A DNA stretch of 64,000 nucleotides from the human T2T-CHM13v2.0 reference genome, Homo sapiens, in NCBI RefSeq assembly GCF_009914755.1, contig NC_060935.1; one strand, 5' to 3'. The notes below the pieces were generated by a model. The model made no database searches, was not told the DNA's origin, and saw only the letters and a program-made list of their open reading frames with translations. This document shows, one piece after another, positions 11,301 through 25,900 of the stretch. Each line of letters starts with the position of its first letter. Positions within the stretch are counted from its first letter, which is position 1. The translations under genes were made by a program, and so were the position numbers.

Positions 11301-14300
11301 TGTGATGTTTGTGTTCCACTTCTAGAATTGAACTTTCCTCTTGACAGAGCAGCTCTGAAACCCTCTTTTTCTAGAATCTGCAAGTGGACATTTGGAGGGC
11401 TTTGAGGCCTGTGGTGGAAAAGGAAAATCTTCACATAAAAACTAGATGGAAGCATTCTCAGAAACTACTTTGTGATGATTGCATTCGACTCACAGAGTTG
11501 AACATTCCTATAGATAGAGCAGGTTGTAAACAATCTTTTTGTAGAATCTGCGATTGGAGATTTGGACTGCTTTGAGGCCTACTGTAGTAAAGGAAATAAC
11601 TTCATCTAAAAACCAAACGGAAGCATTCACAGACAATTCTTAGTGATCATTGCATTGAACTAACAGAGCTGAACATTCCTTTAGATGGCGCAGTTTCCAA
11701 ACACACTTTCTGTAGAATCTGCAAGTGGATATTTGGACCTCTCTGAGGATTTCGTTGGAAATGGGATAAACTTCCCAGAACTACACGGAAGCATGCTGAG
11801 AAACTTCTTTGTGATGTTTGCATTCAACTCACAGAGTTGAACCTTGCTTTCATAGTTCAGCTTTCAAACACTCTTTTTGTAGAATCTGCAAGTGGATATT
11901 TGGACCACTTTGTGGCCTTCCTTCGAAACGGGTATATCTTCACATCAAACCTAGACAGAAGCATTCTCAGAATGTTTCCTGTGATGACTGCATTCAACTC
12001 ACAGAGGTGAACAATCCTGCTGATGGAGCAATTTTGAAACTCTCTTTCTTTGGATTCTGCAAGTGGATATGTGGACCTTTGTGAAGATTTCGTTGGAAAC
12101 GGGTTCATCTTCACAGAAAAACTAAACAGAAGCATTCTCAGAAACTGCTTTGTGATGTTTGTGTTCCACTTCAGGAATTGAACTTTCCTCTTGACAGAGC
12201 AGCTCTGAAACCCTCTTATTCTAGAATCTGCAAGTGGACATTTGGAGGGCTTTGAGGCCTGTGGTGGAAAAGGAAAATCTTCACATAAAAACTAGATGGA
12301 AGCATTCTCAGAAACTACTTTGTGATGATTGCATTCGACTCACAGAGTTGAACATTCCTATAGATAGAGCAGGTTGTAAACAATCTTTTTGTAGAATCTG
12401 CGATTGGAGATTTGGACTGCTTTGAGGCCTACTGTAGTAAAGGAAATAACTTCATCTAAAAACCAAACGGAAGCATTCACAGACAATTCTTAGTGATCAT
12501 TGCATTGAACTAACAGAGCTGAACATTCCTTTAGATGGCGCAGTTTCCAAACACACTTTCTGTAGAATCTGCAAGTGGATATTTGGACTTCTCTGAGGAT
12601 TTCGTTGGAAACGGGATAAACTTCCCAGAACTACACGGAAGCATTGTGAGAAACTTCTTTGTGATGTTTGCATTCAACTCACAGAGTTGAAACTTGCTTT
12701 CATAGTTCAGCTTTCAAACACTCTTTTTGTAGAATCTGCAAGTGGATATTTGGACCACTTTGTGGCCTTCCTTCGAAACGGGTATATCTTCACATCAAAC
12801 CTAGACATAAGCATTCTCAGAATGTTTCCTGTGAAGACTGCATTCAACTCACAGAGATGAACAATCCTGTTGATGGAGCACTTTGGAAACTCTCTTTCTT
12901 TGGATTCTGCAAGTTGATATGTGGACCTCTGTGAAGATTTCGTTGGAAACGGGTTCATCTTCACAGAAAAACTAAACAGAAGCATTCTCAAAAACTACTT
13001 TGTGATGTTTGTGTTCCACTTCAAGAATTGAACTTTCCTCTTGACAGAGCAGTTCTGAAAACCTCTTTTTCTAGAATCTGCAAGTGGACATTTGGAGGGC
13101 TTTGAGGCCTGTGGTGGAAAAGGAAAATCTTCACATAAAAACTAGATGGAAGCATTCTCAGAAACTACTTTGTGATGATTGCATTCGACTCACAGAGTTG
13201 AACATTCCTATAGATAGAGCAGGTTGTAAACAATCTTTTTGTAGAATCTGCGATTGGAGATTCGGACTGCTTTGAGGCCTACTGTAGTAAAGGAAATAAC
13301 TTCATCTAAAAACCAAACGGAAGCATTCACAGACAATTCTTAGTGATCATTGCATTGAACTAACAGAGCTGAACATTCCTTTACATGGCGCAGTTTCCAA
13401 ACACACTTTCTGTAGAATCTGCAAGTGGATATTTGGACCTCTCTGAGGATTTCGTTGGAAACGGGATAAACTTCCCAGAACTACACGGAAGCATGCTGAG
13501 AAACTTCTTTGTGATGTTTGCATTCAACTCACAGAGTTGAACCTTGCTTTCATAGTTCAGCTTTCAAACACTTTTTTTGTAGAATCTGCAAGTGGATATT
13601 TGGACCACTTTGTGGCCTTCCTTCGAAACGGGTATATCTTCACATCAAACCTAGACAGAAGCATTCTCAGAATGTTTCCTGTGATGACTGCATTCAACTC
13701 ACAGAGGTGAACAATCCTGCTGATGGAGGAGTTTTGAAACTCTCTTTCTTTGGATTCTGCAAGTGGATATGTGGACCTCTGTGAAGATTTCGTTGGAAAC
13801 GGGTTCATCTTCACAGAAAAACTAAACAGAAGCATTCTCAGAAACTGCTTTGTGATGTTTGTGTTCCACTTCAGGAATTGAACTTTCCTCTTGACAGAGC
13901 AGCTCTGAAACCCTCTTATTCTAGAATCTGCAAGTGGACATTTGGAGGGCTTTGAGGCCTGTGGTGGAAAAGGAAAATCTTCACATAAAAACTAGATGGA
14001 AGCATTCTCAGAAACTACTTTGTGATGATTGCATTCGACTCACAGAGTTGAACATTCCTATAGATAGAGCAGGTTGTAAACAATCTTTTTCTAGAATCTG
14101 CTATTGGAGATTTGGACTCCTTTGAGGCCTACTGTAGTAAAGGAAATAACTTCATCTAAAAACCAAACGGAAGCATTCACAGACAATTCTCAGGATCATT
14201 GGATTGAACTAACAGAGCTGAACATTCCTTTAGATGGAGCAGTTTCCAAACACACTTTCTGTAGAATCTGCAAGTGGATATTTGGACTTCTCTGAGAATT

Positions 14301-16950
14301 TCGTTGGAAAAGGGATAAACTTCCCAGAACTACACGGAAGCATTGTGAGAAACTTCTTTGTGATGTTTGCATTCAACTCACAGAGTTGAACCTTGCTTTC
14401 ATAGTTCAGCTTTCAAACAGTCTTTTTGTAGAATCTGCAAGTGGATATTTGGACCACTTTGTGGCCTTCCTTCGAAACGGGTATATCTTCACATCAAACC
14501 TAGACAGAAGCATTCTCAGAATGTTTCCTGTGATGACTGCATTCAACTCACAGAGGTGAACAATCCTGTTGATGGAGCACTTTTGAAACTCTCTTTCTTT
14601 GGATTCTGCAAGTTGATATGTGGACCTCTGTGAAGATTTCGTTGGAAACGGGTTCATCTTCACAGAAAAACTAAACAGAAGCATTCTCAGAAACTACTTT
14701 GTGATGTTTGTGTTCCACTTCAAGAATTGAACTTTCCTCTTGACAGAGCAGCTCTGAAACCCTCTTTTTCTAGAATCTGCAAGTGGACATTTGGAGGGCT
14801 TTGAGGCCTGTGGTGGAAAAGGAAAATCTTCACATAAAAACTAGATGGAAGCATTCTCAGAAACTACTTTGTGATGATTGCATTCGTCTCACAGAGTTGA
14901 ACATTCCTATAGTTAGAGCAGGTTGTAAACAATCTTTTTGTAGAATCTGCGATTGGAGATTTGGACTGCTTGGAGGCCTACTGTAGTAAAGTAAATAACT
15001 TCATCTAAAAACCAAACGGAAGCATTCACAGACAATTCTTAGTGATCATTGCATTGAACTAACAGAGCTGAACATTCCTTTAGATGGCGCAGTTTCCAAA
15101 CACACTTTCTGTAGAATCTGCAAGTGGATATTTGGACCTCTCTGAGGATTTCGTTGGAAACCGGATAAACTTCCCAGAACTACACGGAAGCACTGTGAGA
15201 AAATTCTTTGTGATGTTTGCATTCAACTCACAGAGTTGAACCTTGCTTTCATAGTTCAGCTTTCAAACACTCTTTTTGTAGAATCTGCAAGTGGATATTT
15301 GGACCACTTTGTGGCCTTCCTTCGAAACGGGTATATCTTCCCATCAAACCTAGACAGAAGCATTCTCAGAATGTTTCCTGTGATGACTGCATTCAACTCA
15401 CAGAGGTGAACAATCCTGTTGATGGAGCACTTTTGAAACTCTCTTTCTTTGGATTCTGCAAGTTGATATGTGGACCTCTGTGAAGATTTCGTTGGAAACG
15501 GGTTCATCTTCACAGAAAAACTAAACAGAAGCATTCTCAGAAACTACTATGTGATGTTTGTGTTCCACTTCAAGAATTGAACTTTCCTCTTGACAGAGCA
15601 GCTCTGAAACCCTCTTTTTCTAGAATCTGCAAGTGAACATTTGGAGGGCTTTGAGGCCTGTGGTGGAAAAGGAAAATCTTCACATAAAAACTAGATGGAA
15701 GCATTCTCAGAAACTACTTTGTGATGATTGCATTCGACTCACAGAGTTGAACATTCCTATAGATAGAGCAGGTTGTAAACAATCTTTTTGTAGAATCTGC
15801 GATTGGAGATTTGGACTGCTTTGAGGCCTACTGTAGTAAAGGAAATAACTTCATCTAAAAACCAAACGGAAGCATTCACAGACAATTCTTAGTGATCATT
15901 GCATTGAACTAACAGAGCTGAACATTCCTTTAGATGGCGCAGTTTCCAAACACACTTTCTGTAGAATCTGCAAGTGGATATTTGGACCTCTCTGAGGATT
16001 TCGTTAGAAAAGGGATAAACTTCCCAGAACTACACGGAAGCATGCTGAGAAACTTCTTTGTGATGTTTGCATTCAACTCACAGAGTTGAACCTTGCTTTC
16101 ATAGTTCAGCTTTCAAACACTCTTTTTGTAGAATCTGCAAGTGGATATTTGGACCACTTTGTGGCCTTCCTTGAAACGGGTATATCTTCACATCAAACCT
16201 AGACAGAAGCATTCTCAGAATGTTTCCTGTGATGACTGCATTCAACTCACAGAGGTGAACAATCCTGCTGATGGAGCAGTTTTGAAACTCTCTTTCTTTG
16301 GATTCTGCAAGTGGATATGTGGACCTCTGTGAAGATTTCGTTGGAAACGGGTTCATCTTCACAGAAAAACTAAACAGAAGCATTCTCAGAAACTGCTTTG
16401 TGATGTTTGTGTTCCACTTCAGGAATTGAACTTTCCTCTTGACAGAGCAGCTCTGAAACCCTCTTATTCTAGAATCTGCAAGTGGACATTTGGAGGGCTT
16501 TGAGGCCTGTGGTGGAAAAGGAAAATCTTCACATAAAAACTAGATGGAAGCATTCTCAGAAACTACTTTGTGATGATTGCATTCGACTCACAGAGTTGAA
16601 CATTCCTATAGATAGAGCAGGTTGTAAACAATCTTTTTGTAGAAAATGCGATTGGAGATTTGGACTGCTTTGAGGCCTACTGTAGTAAAGGAAATAACCT
16701 CATCTAAAAACCAAACGGAAGCATTCACAGACAATTCTTAGTGATCATTGGATTGAACTAACAGAGCTGAACATTCCTTTAGATGGAGCAGTTTCCAAAC
16801 CCACTTTCTGTAGAATCTGCAAGTGGATATTTGGACTTCTCTGAGGATTTCGTGGGAAACGGGATAAACTTCCCAGAACTACACGGAAGCATTGTGAGAA
16901 ACTTCTTTGTGATGTTTGCATTCAACTCACAGAGTTGAACCTTGCTTTCA
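5340..16950 (+). repeat. Local duplication of about 8 HOR period (5.3-10.1 kb vs 12.6-16.9 kb)
   Basis: Rare markers are shared at offset 6796 (cttggagg 8173/14969; gtgaacatt 8837/15633; a 1-bp deletion near 9377/16173; agaaaatgcg 9845/16641) and at offset 7304 upstream of the 3-mer. Confidence 0.88.
6870..7377 (+). repeat. 3-mer HOR variant (about 508 bp) with a B/D hybrid monomer
   Basis: Monomer B sequence (caaacactctttttgtagaatctgcaagtgg) runs directly into monomer D sequence (acatttggaaggatttgaggcctgtggtgg) at about 7125-7141. ORF spacing 6630 to 7137 is 507 rather than 850. Confidence 0.93.
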
Positions 16951-19900
16951 TAGTTCAGCTTTCAAACACTCTTTTTGTAGAATCTGCAAGTGGATATTTG
17001 GACCACTTTGTGGCCTTCCTTCGAAACGGGTATATCGTCACATCAAACCTAGACAGAAGCATTCTCAGAATGTTTCCTGTGATGACTGCATTCAACTCAC
17101 AGAGGTGAACAATCCTGCTGATGGAGCAGTTTTGAAACTCTCTTTCTTTGGATTCTGCAAGTGGATATGTGGACCTCTGTGAAGATTTCGTTGGAAACGG
17201 GTTCATCTTCACAGAAAAACTAAACAGGAGCATTCTCAGAAACTGCTTTGTGATGTTTGTGTTCCACTTCAAGAATTGAACTTTCCCCTTGACAGAGCAG
17301 CTCTGAAACCCTCTTATTCTATAATCTGCAAGTGGACATTTGGACGGCTTTGAGGCCTGTGGTGGAAAAGGAAAATCTTCACATAAAAACTAGATGGAAG
17401 CATTCTCAGAAACTACTTTGTGATGATTGCATTCGACTCACAGAGTTGAACATTCCTATAGATAGAGCAGGTTGTAAACAATCTTTTTGTAGAATCTGCG
17501 ATTGGAGATTTGGACTGCTTTGAGGCCTACTGTAGTAAAGGAAATAACTTCATCTAAAAACCAAACGGAAGCATTCACAGACAATTCTTAGTGATCATTG
17601 GATTGAACTAACAGAGCTGAACATTCCTTTAGATGGCGCAGTTTCCAAACACACTTTCTGTAGAATCTGCAAGTGGATATTTGGACTTCTCTGAGGATTT
17701 CGTTGGAAACGGGATAAACTTCCCAGAACTACACGGAAGCATTGTGAGAAACTTCTTTGTGATGTTTGCATTCAACTCACAGAGTTGAACCTTGCTTTCA
17801 TAGTTCAGCTTTCAAACCCTCTTTTTGTAGAATCTGCAAGTGGATATTTGGACCACTTTGTGGCCTTCCTTCGAAACGGGTATATCTTCACATCAAACCT
17901 AGACAGAAGCATTCTCAGAATGTTTCCTGTGATGACTGCATTCAACTCACAGAGGTGAACAATCCTGCTGATGGAGCAGTTTTGAAACTCTCTTTCTTTG
18001 GATTCTGCAAGTGGATATGTGGACCTCTGTGAAGATTTCGTTGGAAACGGGTTCATCTTCACAGAAAAACTAAACAGGAGCATTCTCAGAAACTGCTTTG
18101 TGATGTTTGTATTCCACTTCAAGAATTGAACTTTCCTCTTGACAGAGCAGCTCTGAAACCCTCTTTTTCTAGAATCTGCAAGTGGACATTTGGAGGGCTT
18201 TGAGGCCTGTGGTGGAAAAGGAAAATCTTCACATAAAAACTAGATGGAAGCATTCTCAGAAACTACTTTGTGATGATTGCATTCGACTCACAGAGTTGAA
18301 CATTCCTATAGATAGAGCAGGTTGTAAACAATGTTTTTGTAGAATCTGCGATTGGAGATTTGGACTGCTTTGAGGCCTACTGTAGTAAAGGAAATAACTT
18401 CATCTAAAAACCAAACGGAAGCATTCACAGACAATTCTTAGTGATCATTGGATTGAACTAACAGAGCTGAACATTCCTTTAGATGGAGCAGTTTCCAAAC
18501 ACACTTTCTGTACAATCTGCAAGTGGATATTTGGACTTCTCTGAGGATTTCGTTGGAAACGGGATAAACTTCCCAGAACTACAGGGAAGCATTGTGAGAA
18601 ACTTCTTTGTGATGTTTGCATTCAACTCACAGAGTTGAACCTTGCTTTCATAGTTCAGCTTTCAAACACTCTTTTTGTAGAATCTGCAAGTGGATATTTG
18701 GACCACTTTGTGGCCTTCCTTCGAAACGGGTATATCTTCACATCAAACCTAGACAGAAGCATTCTCAGAATGTTTCCTGTGATGACTGCATTCAACTCAC
18801 AGAGGTGAACAATCCTGTTGATGGAGCACTTTTGAAACTCTCTTTCTTTGGATTCTGCAAGTGGATATGTGGACCTCTGTGAAGATTTCGTTGGAAACGG
18901 GTTCATCTTCACAGAAAAATTAACAGAAGCATTCTCAGAAACTGCTTTGTGATGTTTGTGTTCCACTTCAGGAATTGAACTTTCCTCTTGACAGAGCAGC
19001 TCTGAAACCCTCTTATTCTAGAATCTGCAAGTGGACATTTGGAGGGCTTTGAGGCCTGTGGTGGAAAAGGAAAATCTTCACATAAAAACTAGATGGAAGC
19101 ATTCTCAGAAACTTCTTTGTGATGATTGCATTCGACTCACAGAGTTGAACATTCCTATAGATAGAGCAGGTTGTAAACAATCTTTTTGTAGAATCTGCGA
19201 TTGGAGATTTGGACTGCTTTGAGGCCTACTGTAGTAAAGGAAATAACTTCATCTAAAAACCAAACGGAAGCATTCACAGACAATTCTTAGTGATCATTGG
19301 ATTGAACTAACAGAGCTGAACATTCCTTTAGATGGCGCAGTTTCCAAACACACTTTCTGTAGAATCTGCAAGTGGATATTTGGACTTCTCTGAGGATTTC
19401 GTTGGAAACGGGATAAACTTCCCAGAACTACACGGAAGCATGCTGAGAAACTTCTTTGTGATGTTTGCATTCAACTCACAGAGTTGAACCTTGCTTTCAT
19501 AGTTCAGCTTTCAAACACTCTTTTTGTAGAATCTGCAAGTGGATATTTGGACCACTTTGTGGCCTTCCTTCGAAACGGGTATATCTTCACATCAAACCTA
19601 GACAGAAGCATTCTCAGAATGTTTCCTGTGATGACTGCATTCAACTCACAGAGGTGAACAATCCTGCTGATGGAGCAGTTTTGAAACTCTCTTTCTTTGG
19701 ATTCTGCAAGTGGATATGTGGACCTCTGTGAAGATTTCGTTGGAAACGGGTTCATCTTCACAGAAAAACTAAACAGAAGCATTCTCAGAAACTGCTTTGT
19801 GATGTTTGTGTTCCACTTCAGGAATTGAACTTTCCTCCTGACAGAGCAGCTCTGACACCCTCTTATTCTAGAATCTGCAAGTGGACATTTGGAGGGCTTT

Positions 19901-22900
19901 GAGGCCTGTGGTGGAAAAGGAAAATCTTCACATAAAAACTAGATGGAAGCATTCTCAGAAACTACTTTGTGATGATTGCATTCGACTCACAGAGTTGAAC
20001 ATTCCTATAGATAGAGCAGGTTGTAAACAATCTTTTTGTAGAATCTGCGATTGGAGATTTGGACTGCTTTGAGGCCTACTGTAGTAAAGGAAATAACATC
20101 ATCTAAAAACCAAACGGAAGCATTCACAGACAATTCTTAGTGATCATTGCATTGAACTAACAGAGCTGAACATTCCTTTAGATGGAGCAGTTTCCAAACA
20201 CACTTTCTGTAGAACCTGCAAGTGGATATTTGGACCTCTCTGAGGATTTCGTTGGAAACGGGATAAACTTCCCAGAACTACACGGAAGCATTGTGAGAAA
20301 CTTCTTTGTGATGTTTGCATTCAACTCACAGAGTTGAACCTTGCTTTCATAGTTCAGCTTTCAAACACTCTTTTTGTAGAATCTGCAAGTGGATATTTGG
20401 ACCACTTTGTGGCCTTCCTTCGAAACGGGTATATCTTCACATCAAACCTAGACAGAAGCATTCTCAGAATGTTTCCTGTGATGACTGCATTCAACTCACA
20501 GAGGTGAACAATCCTGCTGATGGAGCAGTTTTGAAACTCTCTTTCTTTGGATTCTGCAAGTGGATATGTGGACCTCTGTGAAGATTTCGTTGGAAACGGG
20601 TTCATCTTCACAGAAAAACTAAACAGGAGCATTCTCAGAAACTGCTTTGTGATGTTTGTGTTCCACTTAAAGAATTGAACTTTCCTCTTGACAGAGCAGC
20701 TCTGAAACCCTCTTTTTCTAGAATCTGCAAGTGGACATTTGGAGGGCTTTGAGGCCTGTGGTGGAAAAGGAAATTCTTCACATAAAAACTTTATGGAAGC
20801 ATTCTCAGGAACTTCTTTGTGATGATTGCATTCGACTCACAGAGTTGAACATTCCTATAGATAGAGCAGGTTGTAAACAATCTTTTTGTAGAGTCTGCGA
20901 TTGGAGATTTGGACTGCTTTGAGGCCTACTGTAGTAAAGGAAATTACTTCATCTAAAAACCAAACGGAAGCATTCACAGACAATTCTTAGTGATCATTGG
21001 ATTGAACTAACAGAGCTGAACATTCCTTTAGATGGAGCAGTTTCCAAACCCACTTTCTGTAGAATCTGCAACTGGATATTTGGACTTCTCTGAGGATTTC
21101 GTTGGAAACGGGATAAACTTCCCAGAACTACACGGAAGCATTGTGAGAAACTTCTTTGTGATGTTTGCATTCAACTCACAGAGTTGAACCTTGTTTTCAT
21201 AGTTCAGCTTTCAAACACTCTTTTTGTAGAATCTGCAAGTGGATATTTGGACCACTTTGTGGCCTTCCTTCGAAACGGGTATATCTTCACATCAAACCTA
21301 GACAGAAGCATTCTCAGAATGTTTCCTGTGATGACTGCATTCAACTCACAGAGGTGAACAATCCTGTTGATGGAGCACTTTTGAAACTCTCTTTCTTTGG
21401 ATTCTGTAAGTTGATATGTGGACCTCTGTGAAGATTTCGTTGGAAACGGGTTCATCTTCACAGAAAAACCAAACAGAAGCATTCTCAAAAACTACTTTGT
21501 GATGTTTGTGTTCCACTTCAAGAATTGAACTTTCCTCTTGAGAGAGCAGCTCTGAAACCCTCTTTTTCTAGAATCTGCAAGTGGACATTTGGAGGGCTTT
21601 GAGGCCTGTGGTGGAAAAGGAAAATCTTCACATAAAAACTAGATGGAAGCATTCTCAGAAACTACTTTGTGATGATTGCATTCGACTCACAGAGTTGAAC
21701 ATTCCTATAGATAGAGCAGGTTGTAAACAATCTTTTTCTAGAATCTGCGATTGGAGATTTGGACTGCTTTGAGGCCTACTGTAGTAAAGGAAATAACTTC
21801 ATCTAAAAACCAAACGGAAGCATTCACAGACAATTCTTAGAGATCATTGGATTGAACTAACACAGCTGAACATTACTTTAGATGGAGCAGTTTCCAAACA
21901 CACTTTCTGTAGAATCTGCAAGTGGATATTTGGACTTCTCTGAGGATTTCGTTGGAAACGGGATAAACTTCCCAGAACTACACGGAAGAATTGTGAGAAA
22001 CTTCTTTGTGATGTTTGCATTCAACTCACAGAGTTGAACCTTGCTTTCATAGTTCAGCTTTCAAACACTCTTTTTGTAGAATCTGCAAGTGGATATTTGG
22101 ACCACTTTGTGGCCTTCCTTCGAAACGGGTATATCTTCACATCAAACCAAGACAGAAGCATTCTCAGAATGTTTCCTGTGATGACTGCATTCAACTCACA
22201 GAGGTGAACAATCCTGCTGATGGAGCAGTTTTGAAACTCTCTTTCTTTGGATTCTGCAAGTGGATATGTGGACCTCTGTGAAGATTTCGTTGGAAACGGG
22301 TTCATCTTCACAGAAAAACTAAACAGGAGCATTCTCAGAAACTGCTTTGTGATGTTTGTGTTCCACTTCAAGAATTGAACTTTCCTCTTGACAGAGCAGC
22401 TCTGAAACCCTCTTTTTCTAGAATCTGCAAGTGGACATTTGGAGGGCTTTGAGGCCTGTGGTGGAAAAGGAAAATCTTCACATAAAAACTAGATGGAAGC
22501 ATTCTCAGAAACTACTTTGTGATGATTGCATTCGACTCACAGAGTTGAACATTCCTATAGATAGAGCAGGTTGTAAACAATCTTTCTGTAGAATCTGCGA
22601 TTGGAGATTTGGACTGCTTTGAGGCCTACTGTAGTAAAGGAAATAACTTCATCTAAAAACCAAACGGAAGCATTCACAGACAATTCTTAGTGATCATTGG
22701 ATTGAACTAACAGAGCTGAACATTCCTTTAGATGGAGCAGTTTCCAAACACACTTTCTGTAGAATCTGCAAGTGGATATTTGGACTTCTCTGAGGATTTC
22801 GTTGGAAACGGGATAAACTTCCCAGAACTACACGGAAGCATTGTGAGAAACTTCTTTGTGATGTTTGCATTCAACTCACAGAGTTGAACCTTGCTTTCAT

Positions 22901-25900
22901 AGTTCAGCTTTCAAACACTCTTTTTGTAGAATCTGCAAGTGGATATTTGGACCACTTTGTGGCCTTCCTTCGAAACGGGTATATCTTCACATCAAACCTA
23001 GACAGAAGCATTCTCAGAATGTTTCCTGTGATGACTGCATTCAACTCACAGAGGTGAACAATCCTGCTGATGGAGCAGTTTTGAAACTCTCTTTCTTTGG
23101 ATTCTGCAAGTGGATATGTGGACCTCTGTGAAGATTTCGTTGGAAACGGGTTCATCTTCACAGAAAAACTAAACAGGAGCATTCTCAGAAACTGCTTTGT
23201 GATGTTTGTGTTCCACTTCAAGAATTGAACTTTCCTCTTGACAGAGCAGCTCTGAAACCCTCTTTTTCTAGAATCTGCAAGTGGACATTTGGAGGGCTTT
23301 GAGGCCTGTGGTGGAAAAGGAAAATCTTCACATAAAAACTAGATGGAAGCATTCTCAGAAACTACTTTGTGATGATTGCATTCGACTCACAGAGTTGAAC
23401 ATTCCTATAGATAGAGCAGGTTGTAAACAATCTTTTTGTAGAATCTGCGATTGGAGATTTGGACTGCTTTGAGGCCTACTGTAGTAAAGGAAATAACTTC
23501 ATCTAAAAACCAAACGGAAGCATTCACAGACAATTCTTAGTGATCATTGCATTGAACTAACAGAGCTGAACATTCCTTTAGATGGCGCAGTTTCCAAACA
23601 CACTTTCTGTAGAATCTGCAAGTGGATATTTGGACCTCTCTGAGGATTTCGTTGGAAACGGGATAAACTTCCCAGAACTACACGGAAGCATTGTGAGAAA
23701 CTTCTTTGTGATGTTTGCATTCAACTCACAGAGTTGAACCTTGCTTTCATAGTTCAGCTTTCAAACACTCTTTTTGTAGAATCTGCAAGTGGATATTTGG
23801 ACCACTTTGTGGCCTTCCTTCGAAACGGGTATATCTTCACATCAAACCTAGTCAGAAGCATTCTCAGAATGTTTCCTGTGATGACTGCATTCAACTCACA
23901 GAGGTGAACAATCCTGCTGATGGAGCAGTTTTGAAACTCTCTTTCTTTGGATTCTGCAAGTGGATATGTGGACCTCTGTGAAGATTTCGTTGGAAACGGG
24001 TTCATCTTCACAGAAAAACTAAACAGGAGCATTCTCAGAAACTGCTTTGTGATGTTTGTGTTCCACTTAAAGAATTGAACTTTCCTCTTGACAGAGCAGC
24101 TCTGAAACCCTCTTTTTCTAGAATCTGCAAGTGGACATTTGGAGGGCTTTGAGGCCTGTGGTGGAAAAGGAAAATCGTCACATAAAAACTTTATGGAAGC
24201 ATTCTCAGAAACTTCTTTGTGATGATTGCATTCGACTCACAGAGTTGAGCATTCCTATAGATAGAGCAGGTTGTAAACAATCTTTTTGTAGAATCTGCGA
24301 TTGGAGATTTGGACTGCTTTGAGGCCTGCTGTAGTAAAGGAAATTACTTCATCTAAAAACCAAACGGAAGCATTCACAGACAATTCTTAGTGATCATTGG
24401 ATTGAACTAACAGAGCTGAACATTCCTTTAGATGGAGCAGTTTCCAAACCCACTTTCTGTAGAATCTGCAAGTGGATATTTGGACTTCTCTGAGGATTTC
24501 GTTGGAAACGGGATAAACTTCCCAGAACTACACGGAAGCATTGTGAGAAACTTCTTTGTGATGTTTGCATTCAACTCACAGAGTTGAACCTTGCTTTCAT
24601 AGTTCAGCTTTCAAACACTCTTTTTGTAGAATCTGCAAGTGGATATTTGGACCACTTTGTGGCCTTCCTTCGAAACGGGTATATCTTCACATCAAACCTA
24701 GACAGAAGCATTCTCAGAATGTTTCCTTTGATGACTGCATTCAACTCACAGAGGTGAATAATCCTGTTGATGGAGCACTTTTGAAACTCTCTTTCTTTGG
24801 ATTCTGCAAGTTGATATGTGGACCTCTGTGAAGATTTCGTTGGAAACGGGTTCATCTTCACAGAAAAACTAAACAGAAGCATTCTCAGAAACTACTTTGT
24901 GATGTTTTTGTTCCACTTCAAGAATTGAACTTTCCTCTTGACAGAGCAGCTCTGAAACCCTCTTTTTCTAGAATCTGCAAGTGGACATTTGGAGGGCTTT
25001 GAGGCCTGTGGTGGAAAAGGAAAATCTTCACATAAAAACTAGATGGAAGCATTCTCAGAAACTACTTTGTGATGATTGCATTCGACTCACAGAGTTGAAC
25101 ATCCCTATAGATAGAGCAGGTTGTAAACAATCTTTTTGTAGAATCTGCGATTGGAGATTTGGACTGCTTTGAGGCCTACTGTAGTAAAGGAAGTAACTTC
25201 ATCTAAAAACCAAACGGAAGCATTCACAGACAATTGTTAGTGATCATTGCATTGAACTAACAGAGCTGAACATTCCTTTAGATGGCGCAGTTTCCAAACA
25301 CACTTTCTGTAGAATGTGCAAGTGGATATTTGGACCTCTCTGAGGATTTCGTTGGAAACGGGATAAACTTCCCAGAACTACACGGAAGCATTCTGAGAAA
25401 CTTCTTTGTGATATTTGCATTCAACTCACAGAGTTGAACCTTGCTTTCATAGTTCAGCTTTCAAACACTCTTTTTGTAGAATCTGCAAGTGGATATTTTG
25501 ACCACTTAGTGGCCTTCCTTCGAAACGGGTATATCTTCACATCAAACCTAGACAGAAGCATTCTCAGAATGTTTCCTGTGATGACTGCATTCAACTCACA
25601 GAGGTGAACAATCCTGCTGATGGAGCAGTTTTGAAACTCTCTTTCTTTGGATTCTGCAAGTGGATATGTGGACCTCTGTGAAGATTTCGTTGGAAACGGG
25701 TTCATCTTCACAGAAAAACTAAACAGAAGCATTCTCAGAAACTGCTTTGTGATGTTTGTGTTCCACTTCAGGAATTGAACTTTCCTCTTGACAGAGCAGC
25801 TCTGAAACCCTCTTTTTCTAGAATCTGCAAGTGGACATTTGGAGGGCTTTGAGGCCTGTGGTGGAAAAGGAAAATCGTCACATAAAAACTTTATGGAAGC

